Shown here piece by piece: positions 54,988 through 56,938 of a stretch of 56,938 nt of DNA; positions within the stretch are counted from its first letter, which is position 1, and each line of letters starts with the position of its first letter. The DNA is taken from the IMG/VR virus record IMGVR_UViG_3300036766_001530; one strand, 5' to 3'. Both the position numbers and the translations under genes were made by a program. This DNA comes from an uncultured virus (IMG/VR IMGVR_UViG_3300036766_001530). Taxonomy: Duplodnaviria; Heunggongvirae; Uroviricota; Caudoviricetes. The notes under the pieces were generated by a model that worked only from the letters and a program-made list of their open reading frames with translations, did no database searches and was not told where the DNA came from.

Positions 54988-55608
54988 ATGGCCCAACAGC
55001 TTCACTCGACCGGCTGCGCCGGACTCAACGCCTACATCCCCCTCATCGTGCCACCCGTCAACTCGGACGGCCCTCTCACGAGCGTCGCCAACCTGATCGC
55101 CGAGAAGACCATCTACCTCACCGGGACCTTCAACGGTGAGTACATCGTCCTCGGATCGCACGACAACGTCGACTTCGTGCCGATCGCGAAGTTCAACGGG
55201 AACGGCAATCCCCAGAGCGCCAAGCTCCAGGTGGACGCCGCTCTCAACACCGTTCGTGTCCGCCGCAACGCGGACGCGGGTGCGGTCATCACGGTGGCAT
55301 CGCGACTCACCTGCGCCTGTGTGGCGCCCCAGGAAGGGGGTCCCTTCTTCGGCGCCGCGGCCCCCTCGGGCGAAGCCCCAACTCCAATGGCCAAGGCGCC
55401 CGCGGCCCACGCCGCCACGCCCAAGGTCCCGACGATGAGCGTCACCCCGCCGGCCCCCGTGACCTCACAGGCCATCCCCAAGCCGGGCACCAAGGGAAGC
55501 GCCTACGCCGCCGCCAAGCCCGGGGCCAAGCGCGCAGATCCACCTGCCGCGCCGACCGCCGCTCCCGCGGCTCCGAAGGCGAGCGTCAAGGCTCCCAAGA
55601 GGAAGTAG
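54988..55608 (+). CDS. Base-module protein with Ala/Pro/Lys-rich tail
   Basis: EKTIYLTGTFNGEYIVLGSHD...LTCAC resembles the module in 28556. Confidence 0.8.
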   Translation: MAQQLHSTGCAGLNAYIPLIVPPVNSDGPLTSVANLIAEKTIYLTGTFNGEYIVLGSHDNVDFVPIAKFNGNGNPQSAKLQVDAALNTVRVRRNADAGAVITVASRLTCACVAPQEGGPFFGAAAPSGEAPTPMAKAPAAHAATPKVPTMSVTPPAPVTSQAIPKPGTKGSAYAAAKPGAKRADPPAAPTAAPAAPKASVKAPKRK

Positions 55609-55884
55609 CAAAGCTCTCCCCGCGTCGCTCTTCTGCCGGGAAGAGCGACACGGGTTCAATCCTGTCATCCGGCCAAAACCCACCACTCGGGGACGGTGAG
55701 TCGCGAAGCGACAAACTCCGATCCTCTCTCCCCCGTCCCAACAGTCAACCAACTCAAATAGTCCAAACCGCTTCACGCTCTGGCCGGGAAGTGCGACGCG
55801 GGTTCACTCCTGTCATCCGGCCAAAAACCACCGCTCGGGGACGACCCCCACGAAGTTTCCAGGCGGAAGAAAGAGAAAAGAGTC

Positions 55885-56520
55885 ATGCCCGATCCGACAC
55901 AGCAGTTCTCCCCCGAGGTCCTCGCGCAGGCCAAGCTCCTACTCGAAATCAAGGAGCGCATCCTCGACGTCAAGAGGAACCTGCCGAACGCTGCCTACCC
56001 GGCCCAGCTCCGGGAGGTCGTAACGCAGCTCACTCACGCTGTCGAGCTGCTCGCCTTCGGCCACGTCACCGAGGCCGGCTCGAACCAGATGATGGGCATG
56101 ATAGCTGGAGCACCAGACGGTGGTCAGCGAGTGCAAATCTTCATGCCGACTCCCTCGGCCGCCATCCCACGCCCCGAACAGCCCGCCTTCGAGATCCTGC
56201 CGGCGCCTCCCGCTCCCACGCCGGTCGTCACCGTGGCTCCGGTCGGCGGCGGATCGCTCGAAGCTGCCATGGCCGCCCTCGCCGGACGTCCGGCGCCGGC
56301 CCCGGCTCCCGCGCCTGCCGGCCCTCCGAATGGTGGGGCTCCGATCATGGGCCCGATGCCGATCATGCGTGGCGGACCCGCGCTCGATCCGCAAGCCGCC
56401 GCCGCGATGGCCGCGCTCGCCAACGCCAGGCCGGCTCCCGTCGCAGCCCCGACCCCAGGGCTATCGGTCGAGATTTTCCCGGCCGGCGATCCGAGGGCCC
56501 CCATGCCGAGCGGCGGGTAA
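55885..56520 (+). CDS. Pro/Ala-rich hypothetical protein
   Basis: 211-aa ORF; helical N-terminus then low complexity. Confidence 0.7.
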   Translation: MPDPTQQFSPEVLAQAKLLLEIKERILDVKRNLPNAAYPAQLREVVTQLTHAVELLAFGHVTEAGSNQMMGMIAGAPDGGQRVQIFMPTPSAAIPRPEQPAFEILPAPPAPTPVVTVAPVGGGSLEAAMAALAGRPAPAPAPAPAGPPNGGAPIMGPMPIMRGGPALDPQAAAAMAALANARPAPVAAPTPGLSVEIFPAGDPRAPMPSGG

Positions 56521-56558
56521 ATGAGCAGGTAGGCAGGAGACTGACGGACTAACGGACG

Positions 56559-56777
56559 ATGCCAGCCCTCGGATCACCGATGCCTCGCTACGACGCCGAC
56601 GAAGGGGCGTTCGAGGAGCATTTCGACATCCCGTACTCGGACTTCGTCCTCGCCGTCGCGTCGCTCGATCAGCAGGCACAAGATCAATACGGCAGAACCT
56701 ACGAAGCAAACCCCGAAGCTGCGATCCTCTGGGCCATCAAGGTGTGCAAGGAGCGTGGTATCCTCGAAGAGGATTAG
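56559..56777 (+). CDS. Small acidic hypothetical protein
   Basis: 72-aa ORF; start may be ATG 56580. Confidence 0.55.
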   Translation: MPALGSPMPRYDADEGAFEEHFDIPYSDFVLAVASLDQQAQDQYGRTYEANPEAAILWAIKVCKERGILEED

Positions 56778-56938
56778 CCAAGAAGCGACGGTCAGATCCG
56801 ATTCAAAATTCACCAGCCAGGGACGACCCCCACGAAGTCCATGGCCGACACCAACAACCAATCGAAAAACCACCTGACCCAGAGTTCGCCGCTCTGCGGC
56901 TCACCGTGGCGTGGAACCGGACCGGATCTGACCCGGAG

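Noticed and set aside
55640..55676. tRNA gene (GGGTTCAATCC T-loop, CCA)
   Set aside because: No acceptor stem, D-arm or anticodon arm can be built

Overview
High-GC window that reads as part of a large virus genome, most likely infecting a myxobacterium (inferred from a myxobacterial-style Cys-rich lipoprotein). Positions 1-6.2 kb are a tRNA-rich accessory region with 11 complete tRNA genes plus one truncated, and BrnA/CopG-like, SWIB, HNH and AP2-associated genes. From 6.6 kb almost everything is on the + strand and translationally coupled. This block holds a candidate jelly-roll capsid protein, a transglutaminase-like cysteine protease with a mini-intein at its catalytic Cys, membrane proteins, and core-like proteins punctuated by a GDAFVG motif with shared N- and C-terminal tags. 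It also holds a 2185-aa protein with three peptidoglycan-binding domains, spike/adhesin proteins, a lytic transglycosylase probably made by -1 frameshifting, and 19 consecutive genes whose unrelated bodies carry one of two shared N-terminal peptides. I recognised no terminase, portal, HK97 capsid or tail tube. About 26 copies of a short GNA-triloop hairpin element with a variable TCCGG tail are scattered throughout. Many sit between two often-diverged copies of the flanking sequence. All calls were made by eye; no database searches were run.
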